Shown: one piece after another, positions 1-11,490 of the stretch
Numbering within the stretch: the first letter of the stretch is position 1
How the letters are laid out: each line of letters begins with the position of its first letter
Assembly: GCA_951406725.2 (NCBI GenBank)
Contig: OX597821.1
Location: 41,106,001 to 41,170,000 of the forward strand
Source: Octopus vulgaris
Taxonomy: Eukaryota
Length of the DNA: 64,000 nt
Direction: 5' to 3'
Translations under genes and position numbers: made by a program
The notes under the pieces: model-generated
The model's database searches: none
Told to the model about the DNA's origin: nothing
The model's input: only the letters and a program-made list of their open reading frames with translations

Positions 1-1433
1 GCGATATCATATATATAGAGACACTTTTCAAAATGATAGCTATCTTTCTTTCTATATATAGAAGGTCGCAGAACATAGACTTTTAAGTTTGATTTCTGTT
101 GAGTTATCTTCACATTACTTTTTTGTGTAATATTTCGCTCATGGATATATTATGACTGATTCTTTCATTTGGAATTCAGTATTTTGGTATGAATAAAAAA
201 AGCTTTGACAGATTTATAAGGAAAAAAATATTCAAAAGAACAATATGTGCATTTGAAACAGCCTTGGATTAAAATACTAGTATGCATAACATTAATAATG
301 TATATACAAATGTGGAGTAATACTAGCTGTGATATTGTGTCTCAGTGAAACTTCTTAAAGAGACCTGTGCCTTAAAAACATAGGGATTTGCTTACAACTC
401 TGGTAGATCACCAGATATACTGCTTCAATTTGATTTGGTTTTCTCATTGGGAAACACACTGAATATTCTGAGCTATGCCAAAAAAGGCTTGTTTTGATAA
501 AGAATTTTCTGAATTCTAAGAGAGGCTAGAATGAAATATAAACAAGCAATTGAAAAGGCCTTAAATTTTAATACCAGACTGCATTACACTAGACTTATGT
601 GCTAAAAACAAAAGGTTTTGCTCATAACACCTAAGGATCACCAGACACTGGTGTTTCAAACTGATTTGGTTTCCTCAGTGGCAAATACCTGAGACATTTT
701 GAGTTAAGACAAAATAATGCATGTTCTGATAAAGATATTGGTAAACAAACGTTTATTGATTTGTGTGAAGGCTTGCCAGGCTAGAATTAAATTGATATAA
801 GCACTTGAAACAGCCTTAACTTGATAGAGTAGTGTGTATATGTGTATACAAATATGTTTGGGAAACAAACTTCTTAACCACACAGCCATGCCTGTACTTA
901 TACATGGTTGTTGTGTTAATGTATCTTGTGTTGCTGGTTTCTCTCTTGAATACTCGTTTTTCTTGAACAACTCTGGTCGTCTCAACTGCAGCAAATTAAT
1001 GGGACAATGGCAATTGATTGAGTCATTTATTCAGTAATTCTATCTGCAGTTCTTATATCTTTGTCTTGGAGACTTTCATAGTCCCCTCATTGCATAGACA
1101 GTGGGCGAGCAAGCCAAAGGAAATTTGATAGCTACTATGTGCATGTTGTGCAGATGTATGGAAATTTACTTTGCTAATGTGTATTATGTGCCAATGTTTT
1201 TATATAGATCTTTGCGTAGCCATTGTAGTAGGTCAGCTCTGCTTGAGTAGATCAATAACACAGACACTGATAAATAAATATTTAAAAGATCTCTTATTAG
1301 TTTTGGTAGAACTTCAGTGTTTTATCAACAATTTAAAGCTGATATCATCCCATTTTTATTGTTGCCAATAAAATATGCGAGTCTTCTGTTTATGATAAGA
1401 AAGAATTATCTAAACCAGTCAGTAACTAGCAGA

Positions 1434-1494
<61 letters not shown>

Positions 1495-2261
1495 GTATCT
1501 ATATATTTATATCTCGTAATTTTTTTTCTCTCTCTCTCTCTGTATATATACATAAAAATAATATATATATATATATAATCATCATCATTACCATTATCAT
1601 CATCCCCATCATCATCATCATCATCGTCATCATCATCATCATCAAAATTTAAACATCTGTTTTCCATGCTGGCAAAGGTTGGATGGCTTCACATGAACTG
1701 GCAAGTCCAGAGGCTGCACCAACCTCCATGTCTGTTTTTGGCTTGGTTTATACAGCTAGATGCTCTTCCTAATGACAACCACATTACAGAGTGCACAGGG
1801 TACTTTTTATGTTGTAATTTGGTTTTAGAATTTCGATTCTGTTGTAGCAATACACCACATATCTCGGTCCTATCCCCTTTCCATGCATGCATGAGTCAGA
1901 CAGCATTCATTGAACGCAGATTTTTCTAGAACTGGGTGCCTTTCCTGTTGCCAACCCACACTTGTTCTGAAGCAAGCTAACATTTCCCTATGACCACACA
2001 TATTTTCACAGAAGATTGTCAACAAATGAAACTCATTTACAGCTGTACCAAAAAGTGAAGACAAGGAGACACAAACGGCCACATCAACACACACAGATAT
2101 AAGATGAACTTGATTCAATTTCAATGTTTTGGTCAACTGTAGGCTATAGCAGAAAACACTTACCATTAGAAGCACACAGTGGGATGGAATCTGGAACCAT
2201 ACAGTTCGGAAGCAAACTTCTTAAGCACACAATCATATTTGCACTTATATATATTTATATA

Positions 2262-2650
2262 TATTATAATATATTAGAGACAAAACCACTATTATGCAAA
2301 TCAAACAAAGAAAGACTTAAGCCAATACATAAAATAATTTATATAAATTAAAATTTAACAAATGAATAACCACTACGATCATAGTTTATAACTCGCTAAG
2401 AAGGTTTAGAAACCACCTGAAGAATGTCTAAGATGTGCTGACACGAAACGATCGTAGTGGTTATTCATTTGTTAAATTTTAATTTATATAAATTATTTTA
2501 TGTATTGGCTTAAGTCTTTCTTTGTTTTATTTGCATAATAGTGGTTTTGTCTCTAATTTATTATAATATAATATTTTATTATAAAATTGGATTCAATCTT
2601 AAATCTGATTTTTCCTTGTAAATTTGGATTTATTCCCTAATATTTATTAT
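2262..2650 (+). mobile_element. Non-autonomous PLE-like fold-back element (inverted arms ~2262-2380 / ~2450-2569) in an (AT)n tract
   Basis: Near-perfect ~118 bp inverted arms around a loop that holds a hammerhead motif; AT-rich tail; (AT)n on both sides. Confidence 0.75.
2411..2462 (+). ncRNA. Minimal type I hammerhead ribozyme
   Basis: aaccac-CTGAAGA-a-tgtc...gaca-c-GAAA-cgatcg-TA-gtggtt: 6-bp stem I, intact core, 4-bp stem II, palindromic stem III, GUA triplet. Confidence 0.85.
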
Positions 2651-2652
2651 TA

Positions 2653-2695
<43 letters not shown>

Positions 2696-2734
2696 AAACC
2701 ACTATTATACTCCCTAATATTATTATTATTATCA

Positions 2735-2769
<35 letters not shown>

Positions 2770-2773
<4 letters not shown>

Positions 2774-3090
2774 GTGTACATTTACACATAAGAGATGGCC
2801 ATAATCAGACAGCTAAACAGCAAGAAGAAGTAGTAAAAATCCAAAACTACAATTAGGGGTAATTTCGATAGAGAATGAAAAATAAAAAAACATTTACCAT
2901 CTATTTCTTGGACCAAGGTTTCGAGCAATCTTCAGCAAACCATGGTTGAGTAAATAGATGGTAAATATTTTTTTTTTCATTCCCTTTCAAAATTACCCCT
3001 AATTGTGGTTTTTAGATTTTAACTACTCCATCTAGGGGTTTAGATGGCCGATTATGGCCATCTTTTATGTGTTTAAATGTACATTGTATA
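2770..3090 (-). mobile_element. Diverged fold-back PLE-like element
   Basis: Imperfect ~135-150 bp inverted arms with a central hammerhead motif; (AT)n on the left. Confidence 0.65.
2908..2938 (-). ncRNA. Minimal hammerhead ribozyme, partly decayed
   Basis: Minus strand ttg-CTGAAGA-ttgctc-GAAA-ccttgg-TC-caa; the opposite arm keeps the palindromic stem III ccatgg at ~2940. Confidence 0.6.
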
Positions 3091-3388
3091 TATTGATTAG
3101 TTTTTCTACACGCTAGGCCACGGTGGTAAAAAATTTCTAAATAATATTTTACTACCCTGAAATTTAATAATAATAATAATAATAATAATAATATATATAT
3201 ATATGCATGGCAGCTTGGGCAAGTGTCTTCTACTATAGCCTCTGGTTGGGTTTGCAGATAGTTGAAAAAATACTTTTAACAAAAAAAGCAAAAACTAAAT
3301 GATAGCATTGTAGTTGCAGGCCTCCTTGTAGTTGTGGGTGGGCCCCTTTAGTGTCCTGGCAACCAATATTTTTAGACCCACTCTGCCA

Positions 3389-3440
<52 letters not shown>

Positions 3441-4009
3441 GTCATCTTTCAATTTCCGCCTACCAAAACCACTCACAGGCTTTGATCAGCCAGAAGTTAT
3501 AGTAGAAGATACTTGCCCAAGTTGCCATGCAGTGGGACTAAACCCAGAACCATGTGGTTGGTAAACAAGCAACTTACTACACAGCCACAAATATATATAC
3601 GTAGTCTAAATTTGTCAGTGAATGAATAATGAGTGAGTGAAAATCCACAGAACTCCAAAACTAGCTAAAATTTCAAAGGCACAATTCTAGCTTTTAGAAG
3701 ACAGGATTAACTCAAGTTTATGACTGATGAGATTAATTCTCAAACAAAGGATTAAAACTAATACTTAAGTTGTGGTTCAGCTTTAACTGAAATAATCCCT
3801 ATCAGAATATATTTTAAAATGTATTCAATTTCAGAACTGTGAAAGAAGCACCAACCTAGGTGATGTTTTACTACCCAGAAATATTGCCTGAAAAATGATT
3901 AAATTTATTTGATGCGACAGTCTCTTTGAGAAGTTTCTCTGACACCAAAATATCACTGCTAGTGCCTTTCCATGCTTGTGTATGGTGATAAGGGTATTTT
4001 GTATATGGT

Positions 4010-4170
4010 GATAGTGGTGGTGGCAGTAGTGGTGATAATGATGATGAAGGCAGTGGCAGTGATGGCAGCTGCAGTGGCGGCAGTGGTGGTGGTGGTGGTG
4101 GTTGTGGTGGTGGTGGTGGTGGTGGTGGTGGTGGTGGTGGTGGTGGTGGAGGTTGTGGTGATGATGGCAA
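4010..4170. repeat. (GGT)n/(GAT)n compound microsatellite
   Basis: Seen directly. Confidence 0.9.
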
Positions 4171-4771
4171 CAAAGATAAAAGCAATCACACCAACTTCAA
4201 AAACCATGTAGTATGAACAACTTGTACCAAGCAACAATATTATAGATTGTGGAAAAAAAAAAAAAAACAACCAAATAACAGCACGAAAACCACCAACATA
4301 GATACTGCAGTCCATATATTCAAGAAAATAACTGAAAAAGCTGACGAAAGAAGGAAAAAAAAAACACCTCATAACCCATCAGGTAACATAAAAATCTAAC
4401 CCAAATTACAATAATGAAACTGTGGATGATAAAAAAAGTGAAACCAACCTCAATAGAACATGCCAACCTCACACGCAACAGAAATAAAATTCAACATCAA
4501 GAAATTAAATAAGAAAATAATAAAAGAAACCTGGCAAAAATATAAAAAAACATTTGTATCAGAGACAAACCATAAACCAAGCAGTAAATCACATTACAAT
4601 GGAATTAGCAAGAGCAACACTTTTAGAATGGCCATACCATATTCCAATAATGGTTACATAGTGTAACCAATCAACATTCTTAGTAAGAAGCAAACTTACT
4701 TAGCAAAATATTTTTCCAAACCTGGTTATTAAAATCAACACAATAAACATATATACATACATACATATAAA

Positions 4772-4803
<32 letters not shown>

Positions 4804-4819
4804 CATATATATATATATA

Positions 4820-4998
4820 GTTGAAATTTACAGAAAAGCAAAAGACAAAGACAAGTGCATAAACAACAAGCAGGTGTATTAGTTTGACAGTCAGGAAAGT
4901 GAGAAAGTCTTTTATGTTTCGAGCCTAGGCTCTTTAGCAGAAAGGAACACGAGGAAATAAACAGAGAGAATAAAAAATCTTGTGGATTTAGCAGTCTA
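4820..4998 (-). mobile_element. Short (AT)n-embedded element with a decayed hammerhead-like motif; same family as 40000-40170
   Basis: Minus strand ctg-CTAAAGA-gcctaggctc-GAAA-cataaaagac; homologous to 40000-40170 on +. Confidence 0.55.
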
Positions 4999-5003
4999 TA
5001 TAC

Positions 5004-5050
<47 letters not shown>

Positions 5051-5087
5051 TATACTTTATTCAAAGCAGCAGAAAATTCAACAAAAC

Positions 5088-5125
5088 CTGTTACTCTGAG
5101 TTTCACGTTGCTGTTCATCGGACAG
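5088..5125 (-). ncRNA. Hammerhead ribozyme, CCGAUGA core variant (left arm)
   Basis: Reverse complement of 5184-5221 with one stem II mismatch (aca-gcaa-cgt). Confidence 0.65.
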
Positions 5126-5183
5126 TTTTTGCTAGAATAGAGCCGATATGTCAATTGACATATCGGTTCTATTCTAGCAAAAA

Positions 5184-5221
5184 CTGTCCGATGAACGGCA
5201 ACGTGAAACTCAGAGTAACAG
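5184..5221 (+). ncRNA. Hammerhead ribozyme, CCGAUGA (U4C) core variant
   Basis: ctgt-CCGATGA-acg-GCAA-cgt-GAAA-ctcagag-TA-acag: all three stems present, GNRA loop on stem II. Confidence 0.75.
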
Positions 5222-5323
5222 GTTTTGTTGAATTTTCTGCTGCTTTAAATAAAGCATATTACTCTACCACTGGTATTTGAGTACTCTTTTTTCCACCTTG
5301 TTTCACATTTATGTGTTTACTCT

Positions 5324-5407
<84 letters not shown>

Positions 5408-5819
5408 GGTGCAGAAGTGGCTGTGTGGTAAGTAGTTTGTTTACCAACCACATGGTTCCGGGTTCAGTCCCTCTGCGTGGCACCTTGGGCAAGTGTCTTC
5501 TACTATAGCCTCGGGCTGACCAAAGCCTTGTGAGTGGATTTTGTAGATGGAAACTGAAAGAAGCCCGTCGTATATATGTATATATATGTGTGTGCATGTA
5601 TGTTTGTTTGTCTGTGTTTGTCCCCCTAGCATTGCTCGACAACCGATGCTGGTGTGTTTATGTCCCCGTTACTTAGCGGTTCGGTAAAAGAGACCGATAG
5701 AATAAGTACTGGGCTTACAAAGAATAAGTCCCGGGGTCGAGTTGCTCGATTCAAGGTGGTGCTCCAGCATGGCAGCAGTCAAATGACTGAAACAAGTAAA
5801 AGAGTAAAAGTGTAAAAGA

Positions 5820-5822
<3 letters not shown>
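5408..5822 (+). mobile_element. tRNA-derived SINE, family A, full length
   Basis: Box A-like tggctgtgtgg, box B-like ggttcagtccc, internal microsatellite, (aaagagta)n tail; many copies in the window. Confidence 0.9.
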
Positions 5823-5856
<34 letters not shown>

Positions 5857-5861
5857 AAATA

Positions 5862-5901
<40 letters not shown>

Positions 5902-6549
5902 CATACATATATATATATATATTTAAAATATATTTTTAAGATATATTTTCATCATGTCACATGGCCTTAGCAAAAAGCAGCATAAGAGCCTGTTTGTGGT
6001 CAAGTAGACTGTTAAAAATAACAGTCAAATGTACCTTGAATTGTACCCTGCCATCTAAGAATGGTTGGATACATTAGATAATATAATATCATTGACATCA
6101 TCATCATTATTTTAATCATCATCAGCATCAGCATCATCTCCATCATCATCATCATTGTCATTTTTACATTTACTTTCCTTTATAAATTTCAAATTTTGGT
6201 GTAAAGCCAGCAATTTTAGGAGGGTGGGGGAGTCAATTATATTAGCCTCAGTACTCAACTGGTACTTATTTTATCGATCCCAACAGCATGAAAGGTAATG
6301 CCAACTTCAGCAGAATTTGAACTCAGAAAGTAAAGCTAACCATTCTGCCAGCTCACCATGATATATATTTTCCTTATGGTAGCGTGAAGCCAGTTATAGA
6401 TTTGACAAGAGTTAGTGAAGCTGAACTCTGCAATTAGCAACCTATCCAGTTGCCAACCCTTACTTGACTTTCAAATAAGTTCAGTTTATGCCACTATTCT
6501 TCATACCTAAGTATCAAGCTATGAGTGATTTGAACAAGCTCACTGTTTT

Positions 6550-6708
6550 TACATTATTTACATTGTTTACATTTGACGGATATTTGTCCTCATCTTGTTT
6601 GTTGTTAACACATTTCAGCTGATATACCCTCCAACTTTCAGCAGGTGTCCTGGGGAAATTTCGAACTTGGTTTCTCATTCCTAAGGTATTTTTCGATGTT
6701 ATTATCAC

Positions 6709-6768
<60 letters not shown>

Positions 6769-7029
6769 TATTATTTCCTTCTCTCTTCAAATTTCCTTCT
6801 GTTTCTCGCCGAGTGTTTTCCGTACACCTAGGGCAGAGAAGCTCATTGTATGCATTCCCAGATTACACACGTAAATTTACAGGTAAAATATGTATTTTAA
6901 AAAAATTAATAAATAAATAAATTCATGAATGGATGTTGTTTTCATGAATTTATTTATTTATTTATTTTTTTTAGATTCATATTTTACCTGTGAATTTGCT
7001 TGTGTAATCTGGGAATACATACAATGAGC

Positions 7030-7078
<49 letters not shown>

Positions 7079-7155
7079 CATCATCATTATTACTATTATC
7101 GTTATTGTTATTATTATTATTCAGAGCACTGCCTGGAATTGAACTCAGAATTTTT
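6550..7155 (-). mobile_element. Decayed copy of the tRNA-head/(TAA)n/hammerhead element, interrupted by an R4-like 3' end
   Basis: Box B gagttcaattcc-aggcagtg at ~7126-7146; (TAA)n; tail homologous to 21755-21925 with core decayed to CTGCTGA. Confidence 0.7.
6775..7030 (-). mobile_element. 3' UTR of an R4/Dong-like LINE with an inverted partial duplication
   Basis: 6786-6940 is closely similar to 35761-35917; 6941-7030 is the reverse complement of ~6838-6928. Confidence 0.75.
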
Positions 7156-7174
7156 GCCAATATCTTTCATCTTG

Positions 7175-7535
7175 TATCTTTTACTTGTTTCAATTGTTAG
7201 ACTGCAGCTATTCTGGGTGCCACCTTCAAAACAGTCAACGCTAGTACAGATATTTTGAAAAACTTGGTATTTATTTTATCACTCTCTTTTGCCAAACTGC
7301 TAAGCTACAAGAATATAAACAACCCAACAGTTGTTGTCAATCAGTGGTAGGAGACAAGTTCAAACATATAGATGTACAATGGGCTTCTTTCAGTTTCCTC
7401 TACCAAATCTGCTCACAAGTATTTGGTTGGCCCAGGGCCATAAAAGAAGTCATTTACCCAAGATGACATGCAGTGGGACTGAACCTAAGATTGCATGGTT
7501 GTGAAGAAAGCCTCTTCACAAGACAATCATGCCTG
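7175..7535 (-). mobile_element. Old SINE family A copy
   Basis: Colinear degenerate match to 5408-5822. Confidence 0.7.
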
Positions 7536-7660
7536 GTGGCATATTTGTCTTTCCGACTTGCAATATCAATTCAGATTCTTTCAGACTACCACATTCTGCT
7601 ACCTTCAAATCTTACAAACACAAAGAATATACGAGAGTGCTCAACAACAATAAAACTTAC

Positions 7661-7717
7661 AGTTCTAGCTGCCATCACCATCAGCAAAAATTTGACTATA
7701 TTCTTTGTTGTCCAATT
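7661..7717 (-). CDS. Candidate 57-nt internal exon (NWTTKNIVKFLLMVMAART); gene unknown
   Basis: tttttag acceptor, gtaagt donor, open frame, length a multiple of 3; no homology recognised. Confidence 0.2.
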
Positions 7718-8286
7718 CTAAAAACTCCTTAAAGACAACACAAATTTAACAGCAACATTAATAGCATTTTTTTTCTCAGAAATGATGAATTCTTATCTGG
7801 ACATGTGGCTGGTTGTGAGCATGTACCTTTAAGAGGCCACCCTTCTCCCCATCAAAGACCAAAATGCATCTGGTGCTCTAGCAGAGCAATGCTGAGAAGC
7901 ATTTTTATCTCTTCTGATATTAATTATGTTTTTGATACAGCAAGTATACATAACACATAAGGGATGTTATCTCTGGACAAATACCACAGCAACCGGCCTA
8001 TCAACAGTGTTTATACATAAGGTATGATACATAGATAGCTGTTTTAATCTAATTCTGCCTCTGTTCCATGTATCAGATTATTATTCAGCTGGGTTGCTAT
8101 TCACAACATCAGCAAATGTTTTATTCACTTTTTCTCTATCAGAAGTGACAAATTTCGTATGAGCATGTATTTAGCTAAGAGTACATGTCATTGAAAAGAT
8201 CCCTAAAAGGCTAAATTGCTCCAAGCATCCTTGATGGACAGTGTTACAATGAATTATCATCTGTTGATATTTAGTGCATTTATTCT

Positions 8287-8464
8287 ATCTGATATGGCAT
8301 TATTTAATTTAAATAGTCATCTGTGTATCATATTTAATGTATATACAATATCAATAGGCCAGTTAAGTCAGGACAAATACTGCAGTAACTGGCCTTTTGA
8401 CATTACATATGCATTAAATATGATATCCAGATGACTATTTAAATTAAATAATGCCATATCAGAT
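8287..8464. mobile_element. Hairpin MITE with ~80 bp inverted arms
   Basis: atctgatatggcattatttaatttaaatagtcatctg ... cagatgactatttaaattaaataatgccatatcagat; inner part resembles 23390-23730 and 7866-8035. Confidence 0.7.
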
Positions 8465-9044
8465 TGTAGGGATGTACGCAACAAGCTAAGGGGGGTATCA
8501 ACAATTACATTTCGATGTGATCACCACTGAAAATTAGAGGCACAAAAAAAAAAGACAGAGAAGACTTTAATTTAAAGTAATATGACTGAATTTCCACAAA
8601 CAAAATGATTAAAAGCTGTATGTCCAGAGTACGTCAGAGTATGGTTGTCCTGTGCATAGAAGTATGGTATATCTAGTGTAATAGATCTGTGAATTTATAT
8701 TAAGTTGTTTGACAGACTTTGTGTCATGAGCTTCCACAGTCAGAGCTGACCTTAGGGTAAACAGTTACCAGAGCAACACAATACCTCAGCCCATGCAAAT
8801 TAAATACTGTCCAACACCCAATATACATAAGTGTTTAACCTTTTTTTTTCATCTCAAAATTTCGACACCTAGTCCTAAATCCTGGTTTCCTGTAACATTA
8901 AACAGATGCCAGATGAAGTGCATTATCATCAGCATCATTATCATCATCATCATCATCATCACCATCCTTTAATGACTGTTTTTCATGTTGGCATGGGTTG
9001 GACAGTTTGACAGGAGCTGACCAAACAGAGAACGATGTTTGTTC

Positions 9045-9338
9045 CATCTCGAGCTAGGCCTGGCTCATAAGGGCCGGTTTCCCAGTTTCCTTGGCATATA
9101 GATTCCCCACCTGGATAGGACGCTGGTCCATTGCAGGTGAGCTGCTAGATGTAGGAGGAAAGAGTGAGAGAAAGTTGTGGCAAAAGAGTCAGGAGAAGTT
9201 CGCCACTACTTTCTGCCGGAGCCATGTGGAGCTTAGGTGTTTCGCTCATAAACACACACATCGCTCGGTCTGAGATTCAAACCCGCGATACTTCGACTGC
9301 AAGTCCGCTGCTCTAACCACTAGGCCATGTGCCTCCAC
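9045..9338 (-). mobile_element. tRNA-derived SINE, family D
   Basis: Minus strand box A tggcctagtgg and box B gggtttgaatct; head shared with 34826-35200. Confidence 0.8.
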
Positions 9339-9969
9339 AAACAGAGAACTATGCTAAACAGAAGTCTACCATTGGTGAATGTCTTTATGGAAACAACTGA
9401 CTTTGAGTATAGAAAGCTGTAATAAACCTCTCACCAATTCTACAGAGTTACTACCTACTTACAACCATGAATTGTATCCATTTAAAGTAGCTTTTTAAGA
9501 TTCAGAACTACTTGAGTATTAAGAGTCAAGTATATTGGTCATAGACACAAAGTACTATGGCAGGATGTAAACCAAAGACTTCCTTAGATGGTTACCTGGC
9601 ATCGTATTGACACAACCATTGACGGCTCTAATGTTAATTATATTATATTATATATTTAGAAGGATATGAAGTTTAATGGAAAATTATACGATAATAGGAA
9701 ATTTCAGCTGAATTAGAGATTGTTTTATGGACAGAAGAACTAAAAGTGCATTTATTATATAAAAGATTGAATGAACTCTTATCATGAATAAGTACAAATG
9801 CGATCAGTTGTGAAAGGTTTCATATGATTTAGTAATCTTATTTACAATATAATATTATATATATGATATGATATGTGTGTATATGTATCTATATATGGAT
9901 GTATGTTTATGCATGCACACACACATATATATACACACGCACACACATATATACACATATATATATATA

Positions 9970-10012
<43 letters not shown>

Positions 10013-10313
10013 GGATAATTTTTCATTTGCATGATTATAAACCATGGTTTTTATATATATGGTTTCGGGTTCAGTACCACTGCGTGGCACTTTGGGTGGG
10101 TGTCTTCTGCTATAGCCCCGAGCCGAGCGAAGCTTTGTGATTGAATTCGGTAGGTGGAAGTTACTGCCGTGTGTGTATATGTGCGTGTAGGTGCTTGTGC
10201 CTCTCCGAAAGAGAGAGAGGGGGTGTGTGTGTGTAGGTGTGTATGGATATATACACACACATATATATATATATATATATATTCTTAACATATATACAAT
10301 ATATACAATACAT

Positions 10314-10356
<43 letters not shown>

Positions 10357-11051
10357 AACACACACAACTTATATCAACATTTGTATTTATATAGATATTT
10401 ATACAAGCATTTATATTTTGATAAATAATTACATAAATATTTATATTTCACATTCAGACACACCCACATACATCCCACCACACACACACACACATATATA
10501 TGCACATTGTAGGTGTTTGTTTGGTGTGTGTATGTATGTGTCAGTGTTTGTGAAGTAGATTTATAGATGAAGGTATGTGATTAAATATGTCCATATATTT
10601 GACTAAATTATATTGCTTCACTCTTTCCCTCTCTGTCTGTCTGTCTGTGTGTGTGTGTGTCTCTCTCTCTCTCTCTCTCTATTTTTCAAAGGCACATACT
10701 CATGCCTGCACACTTACTCACACATACACACACACTCACACACACAGACACACACACACATGTATATCTTTTTTAACAGAGTTATGTTATTTTTCTGGAA
10801 CCATAACATTCTTGCAGTAAATTCTTCCATTATTCCAGAGTTTCAGGCATGTCTGTGACACCCTGGCATTGAATCAGACAAAAGTGTTTTGTCAAAACCC
10901 ACAGCAAAATCTCTTTTGTACTTCAGATTCTGGTTGAATAAATGTGGATTTTCCTGCAAGAATCCAATGGCACTGGAGATGTAACGTAGTTCAAAAAAGA
11001 ATTATTTATCCAGCTTCCTGATACTGAGTACATATTCTTTCAGTTATCAAG

Positions 11052-11149
<98 letters not shown>

Positions 11150-11190
11150 TATACATATATATATTCATATACATATATATATTCATATAC

Positions 11191-11243
<53 letters not shown>

Positions 11244-11309
11244 CGTATGTATGTATGTAAGTATGTTTGTGTGTGTGTATATATATAAATGTATGTAGGT
11301 GTGTTTGTG

Positions 11310-11391
<82 letters not shown>

Positions 11392-11490
11392 GTAATTATG
11401 TATGTTTGTATATATATATATATGAGTGTGTGTGTGTGTGTATGCATGTATGTATGTTTGTATGTATATTTGTAGATAGATAGATAGATA
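11052..11490. repeat. Long (AT)n/(ATGT)n compound microsatellite; representative of many such tracts in the window
   Basis: Seen directly. Confidence 0.95.

Larger units (their letters stand above)
5050..5325. mobile_element. Loopless palindromic PLE-like element (arms ~5050-5154 / 5155-5259) plus tail, in (AT)n
   Basis: ~105 bp arms centred on gtcaattgac with few mismatches; one hammerhead per arm. Confidence 0.8.

Noticed and set aside
3723-3750. CTGATGA-gattaattctc-AAAC hammerhead-like motif
   Set aside because: The G of GAAA, stem III, the NUH triplet and stem I pairing are missing; at most a heavily decayed relic
4200-4740. Possible LINE ORF remnant (A-rich plus strand)
   Set aside because: Suggestive composition only; no diagnostic motif can be read
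7782-7917. Possible C/D snoRNA (ATGATGA...CTGA)
   Set aside because: No terminal stem outside the boxes, and the 3' part belongs to a MITE fragment homologous to 23390-23545
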